Positions 1-12,318 of a DNA stretch of 64,000 nt are shown here, one piece after another. Each line of letters starts with the position of its first letter. The first letter of the stretch is position 1. Source of the stretch: Geosiphon pyriformis uo1 (Eukaryota > Fungi > Glomeromycota); assembly GCA_016748015.1 (NCBI GenBank), contig JAAOMT010000572.1, forward strand, positions 1 through 64,000. The letters are read 5' to 3'. The notes beneath the pieces were generated by a model. The model did no database searches, had not been told where the DNA came from, and worked only from the letters and a program-made list of their open reading frames with translations. The position numbers were made by a program, and so were the translations under genes.

Positions 1-1991
1 ATATAGATAGCTAATAGTATCTTTTTTTGGTTCTTTTTATGGTTGCTTTTTTATGAAAATATTTTGCTATTGGATCTGAGTGCATGTTAAATAGTATTGT
101 TTCTTTTTCTGGTTTTGTGATTACTCTAAGTGGCTGATCTGTATCTTTTTTGTTCTTTTAATATAATATATTTTGATAAGTAATAAAATATTTTAATTGT
201 TGTTTTATGTTATTTTGTTTTTTTTAAAATAATTTCTTCTTAAACTGTTAAGTATTAATATAATAATAGAATTGTTAATATTTTAATATGTTTATTTTTT
301 GTTATATTTTTGGGTTAAAATGGTTTTAAATTTATTTTATTTATAACAAACTGTTGGTATTTCTATTTTTTTTCTTTTTTTATAATGTATAATATAATTA
401 AATAGTAATAGTTCTATTTTTCATCTTGTATGGTAATTATCTCTAAATTTTTGCTTCTGGATTAATATTAATCCTTTATGATTAGTATATACATTAAACT
501 TTTGGCTCAAATATTTTTTTTATTTAATAACAACTCAATAGATAATTAAGTGTTTTAATGCTAGTATTTTATAGTTTTTTTTGGCTGAACTTAAATTTCT
601 ACTAGTATATACCACTAAATGTTCTCATCTATCTGTTTTTTTTTGTGATAATATAGCTTCTAATACTTAACTGGATGCATTAGTAATAATAATAAATGAC
701 TTGCTGTAATCTAAATAGATCAATACTGATGCTTGAATAAGCTTTTTTCTTAAAATGTTAAAAGCTTCTTGTTGGGTTTTTATCTATTTATATTTGACAT
801 TTTTTGCTTGGAGTTAGTAAAGTGGTTAAGCTAGTTTGAAGAAGTTTTGAATAAAGTAGTGATAGTATTCAACAAATTCCAAGAATGTCTTTAATTCTGT
901 AAAATTTTTTGATACTAGAAAGTTCTTGACTATCTCAATCTTGTTTGGATTTGTTTTTATGCTATCTTTACTTACAACATGTCTCAAAAACTTGAGTTCA
1001 GTTTTTTCAAAGAAACACTTGGTTGCATTTAATTTTAATTCAGCTTTTTTTAGTCTTTTAAACACTTGCTGAAGATAGTAAAAATAATCATTAAATGTTT
1101 TGAAAAATACATTGGTGTTATCCAAATAGATTACTACTGATTTCTATAATAATCTAGTGTAAACAATTTTCATGAACTGTTAGAAGATAACTAAAGTATT
1201 GATTAAGCCAAATGGCATCACATTGAATTTGAAATTATCTTTTTTAATGGTAAATGTTTTTTTTTTGTTGGTTGAATTCATAACTACTTATTAGTAATTA
1301 CTATCTAAGTCCAATGTTAAAAACCATTTCTTTTTTTTGAAAACATCAAATAACTCTTGGATTTATGGAGTTGAATAGCTGTCTTTATGAATAATACTGT
1401 TGAGTTTTCTATAATTACACAAAAGCAGATTTTTCCATTTTTTTTTAAACAAGTACTACTAATAATGACTATAGATTTATTAATAGTTGAATTAATCTAT
1501 TGTCTAACATTTGGTTGATTTTTTGTCAAATAATTTTATAACTGGTGAATAGTACTCTGTATGCTTTTTGTTTAATTGGCATTACATTTTCAGTTTTGAT
1601 TTGGTGTTAGATAATATCAGTTCTGCCAAATTTATTTTTATTGGCAAAAATATTAATAAAGTTGTTGAATAGTATTTTGAGTTGTATTTGTTGAAATAAG
1701 TCTAAATTTTCTAAGTTTATTTGCTCTAATTGTTTTGGTTACAACAAATAACACTCTTTTTATTCATAGATTGTTTGTAATATGATGTCTACATATCTGT
1801 AAAGCTATAGAAAGTTTAGAATAGTGGTGGGTAATTGGTTCTCAATTTTAGTGCTTAAGTATCTAATAGTAGTTTCATTTGGTATTTCTATGAGGTTTTT
1901 AGTTGTGTTGTATATTAGAATCTTAATATGTTTGTAGTATTATGATTGAAATATATACTTTTTATTAATTATCACATGTATTAGCTACTAA
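1..1991 (-). mobile_element. Gypsy element A: degenerate pol remnant (pre-RT domain, RT, RNase H, start of integrase), cut by the window edge
   Basis: ORF 826..1125(-) LDNTNVFFKTF...LKLNATKCFF is RT (YLDD region). The reverse complement aligns to element E 16700-18660. Many stops. Confidence 0.9.
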
Positions 1992-2368
1992 TGTTATATA
2001 ATTAGCCACTCTATTTTTAGATAGTGATTATTAACCTAATCAATGATCTAACCATTGATTTGATTATTGACTTGATTATTGACCTGATCATTAACCTAAT
2101 TATTAACCTGATCATTGATTTAATTATTGACCTAGTCATTGATCTGATTATTGACCACTTTTAATAGCTATATAAGTGATAAATCTTTTAGCTGTAAAAA
2201 AGCATGTAAGAATCAAAGAAAAAAAAGAAATAAAAATAACAACTTTTATCTCAATTATTCTTTTATTGCTAATTTTTTTTTCCTACTTTCAAGTATTTAA
2301 ACATCTTGGGATAAAAGATTACTTGTTGGTTATTTTTTACCTTTTTCCTGAAATATGTAATTACAACA
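1992..2368 (+). repeat. 5' LTR of Gypsy element B (~377 bp)
   Basis: Starts TGTTA and ends CAACA; TATATAAG at ~2169 and AATAAA at ~2228; interrupts element A and precedes gag. Confidence 0.65.
2024..2156 (+). repeat. ~11 degenerate 12-bp tandem units (consensus TGATCATTGACC) in the LTR U3
   Basis: tgattattgact/tgattattgacc/tgatcattaacc/tgatcattgatt units visible directly. Confidence 0.85.
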
Positions 2369-4279
2369 TTTGAAGATTATTGAATAAAACATGACTGAAG
2401 AGCATATCTAATACCTAATATTAAATTTTAAGAGCACTAATGTGAGGCATAAAATTATACCAGGCATGATTATTTGTTGACAATACAGACTATCTCTCTA
2501 TCTTTAGATTCTTTGGTTATTCTTAAAAAGTATAGTAACTGAAATATTTTATGAAACTGATCTTGCACATTAAATTTATACTTATTCAATTCACTCTTTG
2601 AAGTTGAATTTTCTTTGATTCCTTTTATCACCCTATAATCCTGTTCTTCTTTGCTATCCATTAGCTTATTACTCCAACTCATAACATAAAAGTGGTGCTT
2701 CCTGTGAAGTTGTCAAAATCCACTTTGTTTCCTATTGTATGAGTGATTATTTATATCTGCCACAACAATTAAAAGAACATTTTAAAGCACATAACAAAAA
2801 TGATCTAGACTTTATTGAACTTAATCTTTTGCCCTTCTGCTTGATTTGTTTCCCCATCAAAAAACAATCCAGTAGACAATTTCAAGACTTTTGGAACTGG
2901 TTCCTAAATAAGCATTTAGCTGAAACTTATACAGCCTAAATAACCTATTACTTTGACCAAACTTATTTTGAAGACAACTTTAAAGAAAAAAACAACAGTA
3001 TCAATCAGCTTTTATACTCCATAATGTTTAAACAACAGCCCCCTAATTTCGAATATCTGAATTATCAAATCCACATTTGGATTGCTGTTCATCAAGCAAT
3101 TGAAACTCCCTTTGAAACAGAAGAAGAAAGCTATTAAACTGCTCTTGTTTTTGATCTCTTCTCAAGTAAATCAGATCATTTTACTCAAATAGTAACTTCT
3201 GAACCAATGGCTAATAATTCTATGCAACCGAACATTCTGATTGTCTTCCAAAGCATACAAACTGCTTTGGAAAGAAGAAACAACACTCCATTACTCTTGT
3301 TTAGAAGTGATGTACAAGATCCAATTGAATGGTTGGATGACTTTACAAAAGCTGCTACAGCCAACCAATATGATAATAAATATAAGTTCCAAATTATTGG
3401 TGGCTATCTTCAAGGCTTTCCTGTTACTTGGTTCTCACAAGAAACCAATGCTAACACTTAACAAAGAATTATTAGATGGGCACCAGCAAATGCCAGAGAA
3501 AACAACACCTCTTTTATTATCCAGTTTGAAATAAAATTTAGAACTCCTATCTTAATATCTAAATGGCACATAAAACTAGAAAAAAAAACCCAAGGTCTTA
3601 ATGAAGTGGTAACTGAATATGCCAAAGCTATAAGAAAGTTAATTAAAAAAGTAGATTTTGGAAGAAACTGAAGAAAAAAACAAAAGATTCATTCTTTTAC
3701 AAAAGAATTGAAAACAAATCTGTTCTATGCTCTTTGGTCTCTTCTGGCCCTGAAAGACAATCCCACAATGGACATAACTATTGAATTTGCCCAATGAATT
3801 GAAAACAACTAAAGAATGCACTTGGAATCTACACTTCCAGTTTTTGCTTTTGCTCCTGTTATGGCTCTTGCTTCTCAAATGGCTGCTACTTCTTTTGCTG
3901 TTCAAACTCAAGACCCAAATGAACAGTTAATAGATAAACTCACAGCTAATCTTGCCTGATTACTAAAACTTTTAGTCCAAGCAGTCAGAAAAAATCAACA
4001 ATCCCAAAGACCCAGATTTGAACTCTGTTTTAATCAACTCCAGCAATCTCTTTATCAAAGACAACAAAATCATGGCCCACTTGTGTGTTATTACTGTGGA
4101 TTAACTAAACATTTCTCTAAAGATTGTAACAATTCTCCTCTGTTTTCTTCAGCTCCCAGAAACAATAATAATCAAAACAACAGAATCATCAACAACAATG
4201 TCCTCAACCAAAGACCCAATTATGCTAATATTAATTTCTTTGGAGAGGATCTCTTAGTTGAAGCTATTATTTATCAGTT

Positions 4280-4286
4280 TTTAAAC
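4280..4286 (+). promoter_or_regulatory. Candidate -1 ribosomal frameshift heptamer T TTA AAC at the gag/pol junction of element B
   Basis: In-frame TTT TTA AAC TAA ends gag; the -1 frame is open for >55 codons (FKLIDTPPKSENASQPE...). Confidence 0.65.
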
Positions 4287-5931
4287 TAATAGACACACCT
4301 CCAAAGAGTGAGAATGCAAGCCAACCAGAAAAAAACCTCTTTTATGCTTTTAACCTAACTGATAATAACTATAACATAGATAAACTAGCAATCAACACTT
4401 TTGAATTAACAAGAAAAAAGAAGAAAGCCAAGATTGATTTTGTTATAGATCCAAAAAAAGGCTTCACATCAACTACTAATAACAATGAACCACCAAAGGC
4501 TAAAGTTTTTAAAAATTTTCTAAAATTAGAACCTCCAGAAATTGTACAAAAATTTGGACCCTATTCTGTTGTTAAAGATCTTATGAAAACACCTGTTTAT
4601 ATTATCTTTGGCAAGTTAATAATCCATCCCCAATTTAGAAAAAACCTTTGCAAATCTTTGATTCCTAAAAAAAAGACACCAAAAACCAACAAGCACTCAC
4701 ACCAAGCTGGACTTGTTAACAACAGCAATGTTACTCCTCTCATTTGTAAAGCCCAAGTGACTAGTTACTTCATTGATCTGATTCTGAACAGTGGATTATC
4801 TGTTAATGTTATTGTCAAACACTTTTTAAAAACAATTAACAGAAAGATTAATGAACTGTTCACAAGACTAATGACCAACATACATGATAACAAGAAGAAA
4901 GATCTAAGCATAGCCAAAGCTGTTTCTGTCTGAATTAATAGCATCAGCATTGAAACTGACATGGAAGTATCTGAAGCAAAAGAATACACTATAATAGTTG
5001 GCAATGAATGACTCAAAAAAGCAAAAGTGTTGCTTGATTATAAACTCTGTAAACTGATCATCAGATATGATGAAAAACCCATCATGGTTAAGTGCTGCCA
5101 TTGAACAACTTCTCCAGTACTTAAACAAAAACAAGAAAAAAAACAATCAGATGAATTAAATGATGATGAAAACAATGAAAAAAAAATCAAGAAAATCAAG
5201 AAAAAACTGCTGAACTTACTTATACTATTTTTACTAGTAACAGGAAGCCACTAGACAATATTAAAGCTAACAAAGAAAGAATCATGATAAATGACAAGCT
5301 AATTTACTGGTTCTACTATAATATCCTCAGAAGAACTTTTGATAGAAAACCTGGCAAAAAAGCAAAATACAGTTATTGGTGACATGATCCTTGTATCAGA
5401 CACTGGTGTAATAAATCTTTGTATTCTCTTAATGATGAATGCAAGTCCTGTCTAATCTATTACAAAGATTGGGAGCCAATTAGTTTAATACCCAGAGAAG
5501 AACTAAAAGAAGTACAAAAGTTCTTTGAAAATGAACTACCTAAAATCCAATTACTAGTTGTAGAACAAAAAGAATCTTCCTTTGAAAAAAAAAAAGTGGA
5601 CATTGAAAATCTGTTGGCTAGAAATAGCCCAGTTATCTCAAAAGAAGATAATATCTCTGAACAAATCCATGTGATACAACACACCATTATCATAAAAGAA
5701 ACTTACTCTATCTATTTAAAGCCTTATTAATTTAATTAACACAATGATGAGTTTATTAAGAAAGAGATAAACCAGATAAAAGATCTCAAATTCATACCAA
5801 AAACCAAGAATAAATGGGCTTTTCCAGTTGTAGTGATATTCAAGAAAGGTGGAATCTTATGTTTCTGTATTGACTACTGTCAATTAAATGCTATTACTAT
5901 AAGAAATATGTACTCACTTTCCAAAATTGAT

Positions 5932-6395
5932 GCAATGCTAGATAAATTCAATGGTGCTGCTTTTTTCTTAATTATTAACTTAACTGCTGGATTCTGGCAA
6001 GTAAAGATGAATTCAAAAAGCAGAAAAAAAACTGCTTTCATTATCAAGCAATGCTAGATAAATTCAATGGTGCTGCTTTTTTCTTAATTATTAACTTAAC
6101 TGCTGGATTCTGGCAAGTAAAGATGAATTCAAAAAGCAGAAAAAAAACTGCTTTCATTATCAAGCAATGCTAGATAAATTCAATGGTGCTGCTTTTTTCT
6201 TAATTATTAACTTAACTGCTGGATTCTGGCAAGTAAAGATGAATTCAAAAAGCAGAAAAAAAACTGCTTTCATTATCAAGCAATGCTAGATAAATTCAAT
6301 GGTGCTGCTTTTTTCTTAATTATTAACTTAACTGCTGGATTCTGGCAAGTAAAGATGAATTCAAAAAGCAGAAAAAAAACTGCTTTCATTATCAA
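5932..6395 (+). repeat. Four identical 116-bp tandem copies of an RT segment
   Basis: Unit gcaatgctagataaattc...cattatcaa starts at 5932, 6048, 6164 and 6280. Confidence 0.97.
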
Positions 6396-6780
6396 GTATA
6401 GCACCTATGAATTTACAGTCATGCTTTTTGGTCTTACCAATGCTCCTTCTATCTTTCAATGTCTAATAGACAAAGTATTTAAATCAGTAAAAGAAAACTT
6501 TGTTCTGGTCTACTTAGACAACATAATAGTCTACTCAAAAACCTGAAATAAACATTTTGAACATTTGCAAAAGGTTTTTGATCTGCTCAGAAATGCTAAT
6601 CTTAAGATTAACCCAATTAAATTTTTCTTTGAATGCCAATTCACCCAGTTTTTTGGTCATTTTATTACAAAAGATGGAATCTTCTCTGATCCAATTAAAG
6701 TTGAAAAAGTTTAAAACATTAGACAACCAATAAATGTTCCTGAACTATGCTTTTTCTTTGGTTTGACATCTTACTATTGC

Positions 6781-7627
6781 TGTTATTCATAAAAAGAAGA
6801 CAGATATAGGGAAAATAGTAAACCAATAAGCGAATAGTATGTAGCACATGAGCATATTGCTCAACAATATAGAGCAATAATAAAAATCACAGCATATTGC
6901 TTAGCAATGTGAAGCAATGTCAGAAAACATGGCACATTGCTCAGCAATATGAAGCAATGTTAACACATCACTCAGCAATATGAACATTACTCAAAAAAAT
7001 TATAGCACATTGCTCAAGAATATGAGTGATCTTGTAGAACATCAATTATGTATATATAGTGGTAGTATTAGAAATAGAAAAAGCAGAATCCATGAGTTCA
7101 AAACCTTCCATATCACAAATATCAATAAATAATTATTCACTATCTCAACCCACTCTCTACTATTAACACTTCATGTTGATAGTAATTGATACTTAACCAT
7201 ACTGGAACAATAGCTCTTGATTACAGCTATTGATGGGATACTAACTTGCAATTGCTTCTGTTTATTTTTTTATCTTCTGTTGTTTGTTTTTATCTCTTTT
7301 TGTTATTCTTTGGTTTTACTAAATTGATTAAGGATTAAGTGCTAAGATACAGATGTCATAGGAACTGGTAAAAGACCCGTGAAACAAGGGTAGAACACTC
7401 ATAGATTTAAGAATAGCTTATCAGGAGGATTACTGGCCACCATGCTGAGAAAAAATTTCGATGGAATTGCGATTCCAAGAGGCTACTGAAAACAACTATT
7501 AAATCTCTGTCCATTATACAAAGAACTCCACAACCAAAACTTTCAGATATCAACACCCAAGTACCTACTAAGCACCAAGTTACGGATTTGTTATTTGACT
7601 TAAGACTCCAAATAATCATCTGTAACA
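6781..7627 (+). repeat. LTR of the E-type family without matching TSDs
   Basis: TGTTATTC...CTGTAACA; U3 agcaatatgagcatattgct repeats; homologous to 11530-12273. Flanks TTGC and ATGA differ. Confidence 0.88.
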
Positions 7628-8231
7628 ATGATAACCAGTTTAATCTGGCAGTCATGTTTTTCTGGTAAGCTATCTTTAAAATTCTATTCTTATTTCTGGG
7701 TTTTTTACCAGATTATTTTTGACATCAAATACTTAGCACTTAATTTTTTTAATCAATTTAGTAAATAACAAAAAAACAAAACAAAAAAAAATAAAAAAAA
7801 TAAAAAAAAATAAAAAAGTAAAATAAAAAATTAGTATCCCATCAATATTTATAATCAAGAGTTATTAGTCTAATATAATTAAGTGTTAAATTTTATTAAC
7901 ATAGAGTGTTGATAAAATAAAAGTGATTAATATTTTTTTAATCAAACAATAATAATATGAATTTAAGTAATAATTAATATTTTATTAATATGTAATTTGA
8001 TTCTGTTTTAAGTTGTAAAAAACTATCTTTTAAAGAAAGAGATATTGGATAATTAATAAATTTTAATTGATTGTTGGTATCAATTCTGTTTTTTTTGTTA
8101 CTAATATTTTTACTATATATACATAATTTTTGTTATACAAGATTTTATATTTTCTTAAACAATATGTCTTATTTTTTTATTGGTTTATTTTTTATCTGTT
8201 TTTTTTATTTTGTACTTTTTTATAAGTAATA
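7628..8231 (-). repeat. Partial E-type LTR, reverse orientation
   Basis: Reverse-complement homology to 6781-7440; ends gtaata (eroded TGTTAC start). Confidence 0.8.
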
Positions 8232-9197
8232 CTAAATAGACAATTGGCATCTGTTTTTTTTTATAAATATTTGTCAAATGAATCTGATTCTAAGAAGTTA
8301 TCAATTATTTACCATAATTACCAGAATTTTCACTCATTAAATACATATCAAAAACATGACTAAATTATTTATACTAAGTACAAGAAGTCAAAGAAAGACC
8401 AGCCCAATGCAAATTTACATTTTTGAAAACCAGAATAGAACTAATAACAGCATTTTTAGATGTTTTATTAACAAAACAAACCATTACACATCTGTTACAC
8501 ATATAAAAATTCAAATTATGACCAATAAAACAGGTTTTTCTATCATATAACTTTAACAAATTAGAAAAATTATGAGCAGTAGTACCCATAGGCAAAGTAT
8601 ACAACAAAATTCAGTAAAAATCTCTGAAAACTTATAACTGTTTACTATTAACTGTCAAAGTCATATGTACAGAATTTTTTCTTATAAAAACTAACTATTT
8701 AGAAGTAACTAAACTGGTAATATTTACTAATTTAAACTTAACTAAAGTCTTCTGCCAAAGACTAATTAACTGTATTTTGATTAAAATCATCTTATTAAAT
8801 TTGAAAAAACAGATTTTACAGCTGATTTGAAAAAATTAACTGGAATTTTCTTAATAATTACCTTCTAATTTGTATAGTTGTTTGGTTTTCTAATATTATT
8901 ATTAACCAGAATTTTTCTACTAATTGCCAATTCTTTTGCCTTTTTCAAATTCAACTTAAATATAAAAGAAGATTTGATTATCTTAAAAAGTTTTGAAGGA
9001 GTAAAGACTCCTTTAAAACTATTTTTATAATAGAAAATTTTTTTTACAGCAATTAACTTATTACTAATAGTTTTATTAAACACAATAAACAACTTAATAT
9101 TTAATGTAAACAATTTAATAGGCTCAAAGTTTTACTTTTTTAGAACATATAATTCGACTAATAACAACTGTTTAGAGCCAAAAAACTTAAGAGATGA
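8232..9197 (-). mobile_element. LINE ORF1 fragment
   Basis: ORFs 8374..8607 (LYTLPMGTTAHNFSNLL) and 8865..9113 match LINE ORF1 at 29835-31199. Confidence 0.9.
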
Positions 9198-11529
9198 TGT
9201 TACAGATAATTATTTGAGATGTTGATACAAATAATAAACCCATAATTTAGTGCTCAATAGCTGAATAATATTGGTAATATCTGAAAATTTTGGTAATTTG
9301 AAAGTTTTAATTGGAGTTTTTTGTATAATAAACAGAAATTTAATGATTGTTTTAATAGCTTTCTGAAATAGTTATTCTGTTAAATTTCTTTTTTCAGTGT
9401 AGTAGCTGGTTTATTCTAACAGTTATGTCCTTCTGGTAAGCTATTTTTATATTTTCTAAACTTTATACTCTTATTTCTGAGTTTTTTACCAGACTATTTT
9501 TAATATTAATTACTTAGTGTTTAATTTTTTTAATTCATTAATAAATCAACAAACAACAAAAGAAAATAAAAAAATAAAAAATTAGTATTCTTTTAATAGC
9601 CATGATCAAGAACTATTGTTCTAATGTAGTCAAGTATTAGATGTTATCAACATAAAATGTTGATAACAAAAAAGTGGTTACAATTTTTCAATCAAATAAT
9701 AATAACATAAATTAGATGATAATATGGATGTTTATTTCATATTGTAATGAATTCATTTTGTTTGATAGTAACTATTCATAAAGTAAAAGCTAATAAACAG
9801 ATAAAAAAGAGGATATTAAATTAAAACTGAACTGAATGCTTTTTTTACTTCTATTGCTATTGCTATATATATATAGTTGGTATTATATGAAATTTCTGGA
9901 ATTCTACAATTCTTTTAAAAGAATTCTAAAATTCTGGGATTCTGAAATTCTGTAATTCTTAGCAAAGAATTCTGGTATTCTAGAATTCTGGAATCCTGCA
10001 ATTTTTTTAAAAGAATCCTAAAATTTTTTGGTTACTATGCCTACTTTTGATTGGCTATTTCTCTAATTATTATGTTCTTAATTTTTATGAGTAATATTAT
10101 TCTTTCCTTTTTAATATTAAGCTCCATCAAAATTTTTTAAACTTTCTAGATTTCTTTCTTAAATTAGCTTTATAACATCTTTCTTCAAAATTGTTTTTGT
10201 AATTTTTATTTGCAATTTTTTAAATTAAGTGTTGGTTAATTTTCCCAATTGATTAATAGTTACTGTATCTATTGTTGAGTGTAGTAATATTTCTGGTTTG
10301 TCTCGAAATTTTATCCATAGTTAATAAATAACTCTTATATATGTAAATAAATTATTCTTTCCAATAAGTTGTTTAATTTGTTGTAATTAAATTGGGTCAA
10401 ATTTTTTTTTGTTTTGTTAGTATATAAGTTTTCAATACTTAACTGTTGTTCTAATTAATAATAACAAAAGTTCTTTGGATTTTGTTGTATCCATTGGTTC
10501 CAATTTTCTAAGATTAATTCTTTTTCTGGTATTAATATTCTTAAATTTTTCAATGTTTTTTCTATTTTTTCTATTATTTTATTTACAATATTCTTAAAAG
10601 TATAGTATCTGGAATATTGCTCTTTAGTTTGGTCTTTTTGTGTTATTTTTTTGTTTTTATATTGTATTATGTATTTATTAATAACAATTTCTAGACTTGA
10701 TTCCTATTGTTGAATTAGTTGTAATAGTTGTTGTGCAAGTGAATAAATATTGTCAATAATTTCTATCTTTTTTTGTAGTTTTGTTGTATGTGTTGGTTTT
10801 TTATATACTGTTTTAATAGATTATTTCAACATGTTTGTTTTAATGATGATAATTGGTTCTAGATTTTGTGGAATTTTATCTGATTTGACTAGTATTCTTT
10901 GTACTTTAGTTGTGAAATATTATTGGTAAATGATGATACTATATTGTAATATGGTTTTAATCAATCTTTATATACTGCTTTAGCTAAAATTTTGTTGTTT
11001 TATCTTAATTTATAAGCTCTATTTTCTAGAATTTTTTCAATGTAAAATGGTTTATCCCACTTGGGGTCAAATTTTCTACTCTATTGTTTTTCTGTTTTAG
11101 TACAATAGAAGAATACTTTGTCTCCAATCCTAAATTCAATTGGTTTATTCAATAATTGGTTATTATGTTATTTTTTTGTTTTTCTTATGATTTTTGAATG
11201 TTGTCAACTGCTTTTTACCTTTTGTTTTTCAAGATTTCTATTAACTTGTATGTTTTTCTTAGCAATATTCTTTGAAAGTTAGCTTTTGTTATTGATTTTG
11301 TTAAATATGTATTGATATTTATTTCCACTAGTAGTGTTGTTGTTCTACTATAAACAAATTTAAATAGTATTGCTTGTGTGATATCTTGGTTTATTGTCTG
11401 ATAAGCAAATAATACTAAGAGTATAAATAAATTTCATTTATTCTGGTTTTCTTGGTTAATCTTTGCTATTGTTTTACACAATGTTTTGTTAAATCTTTTA
11501 ACTAAGTTATTTGTTTATAAATAATATGG
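9198..11529 (-). mobile_element. Gypsy element D, 3' part: integrase C-terminus, ORF3 (10111-10832), PPT, 3' LTR (9198-10096)
   Basis: LTR bounded by tgttacaga...gtaata. Minus-strand PPT aaaaaggaaagaataa abuts the LTR. The IN segment (PY..TNNLVKRFNKTL, FDPKWDKPF) is homologous to element E. Confidence 0.88.
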
Positions 11530-12273
11530 TGTTATTCATAGAAAAAGCATATAAAAAAATAGTAGAAAAAACAGATAAATCAATAAGAAAATAATAGTTA
11601 ACATGTGAGCATATTACTTAATAATGTGAGCATTGCTTAAAAAATTATAACATATTGTTTGAAAATGTGAGTAATCTCATAGAATTCAAATTATGTATAT
11701 ATAGCAAAAGCATTAGAAGAAGGATCAATATTAAGATCTTCTAAAAAACTATCTTAGTTAGAATTATTAATATCAATAAATAATTATTTATCATCTAAAT
11801 CACTTTTTCTACTATTAACATTTTATGTTGATAGTATCTAATATTTGATCACATTGAAACAATAGCTTTTGATCATGGCTATTGATAAAATACTAACATA
11901 AATTGCCTTGGCTTATTTCTTTATTTTTTTTTTATTTTTTTTTTCTTTTGTTTTGTTATTATTTACTAATTGATTCAAGATTAAATGTGCAGAGTTATTG
12001 ACATCAAAATGACTGATAAAATACTCAAAAATAAAGATAGAACATTTAAGAATTAAAGATAACTTACCAAAAAGATTGCTGGCCATTATGCTGTGAAAAA
12101 AATTTGATGAAATTGTAATTCTAAAAAATGATGGATAAAACAACACTTGCATCTTTGTCTATTATGCAAAAAATTCAACCAAAACCTTTAAATAATATCA
12201 ATTGTATTAGCTATTAAGCACCAAGTTACAAATTTGTTATTTAATTTAAGACTCCAAATAAATACTTATAACA

Positions 12274-12318
12274 TTTAGTACTCTCTGTAAAATATAATTT
12301 TATAGAGAATCAGCACCA
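12274..12318 (+). promoter_or_regulatory. PBS of element E (eroded TGGTGCTCTCTGTGAG) within a hairpin
   Basis: Directly follows the LTR end ...ATAACA; the same motif follows the element F LTR. Confidence 0.7.

Larger units (their letters stand above)
2739..6780 (+). pseudogene. Element B gag-protease-RT pseudogene, truncated after RT
   Basis: Gag core (QDPIEWLDDF..AATANQY), zinc knuckle CYYCGLTKHFSKDC (~4086), protease ILNSG (DSG), RT CIDY.QLN, LTAGFWQV, MLFGLTNAP, YLDN(D). Stops and frameshifts throughout. Confidence 0.92.

Noticed and set aside
2369-2386. Possible eroded tRNA-Gln PBS (TGAAGATTATTGAA versus TGGAGGTTCCACCGAG)
   Set aside because: Needs several transitions plus a gap; too weak to call.
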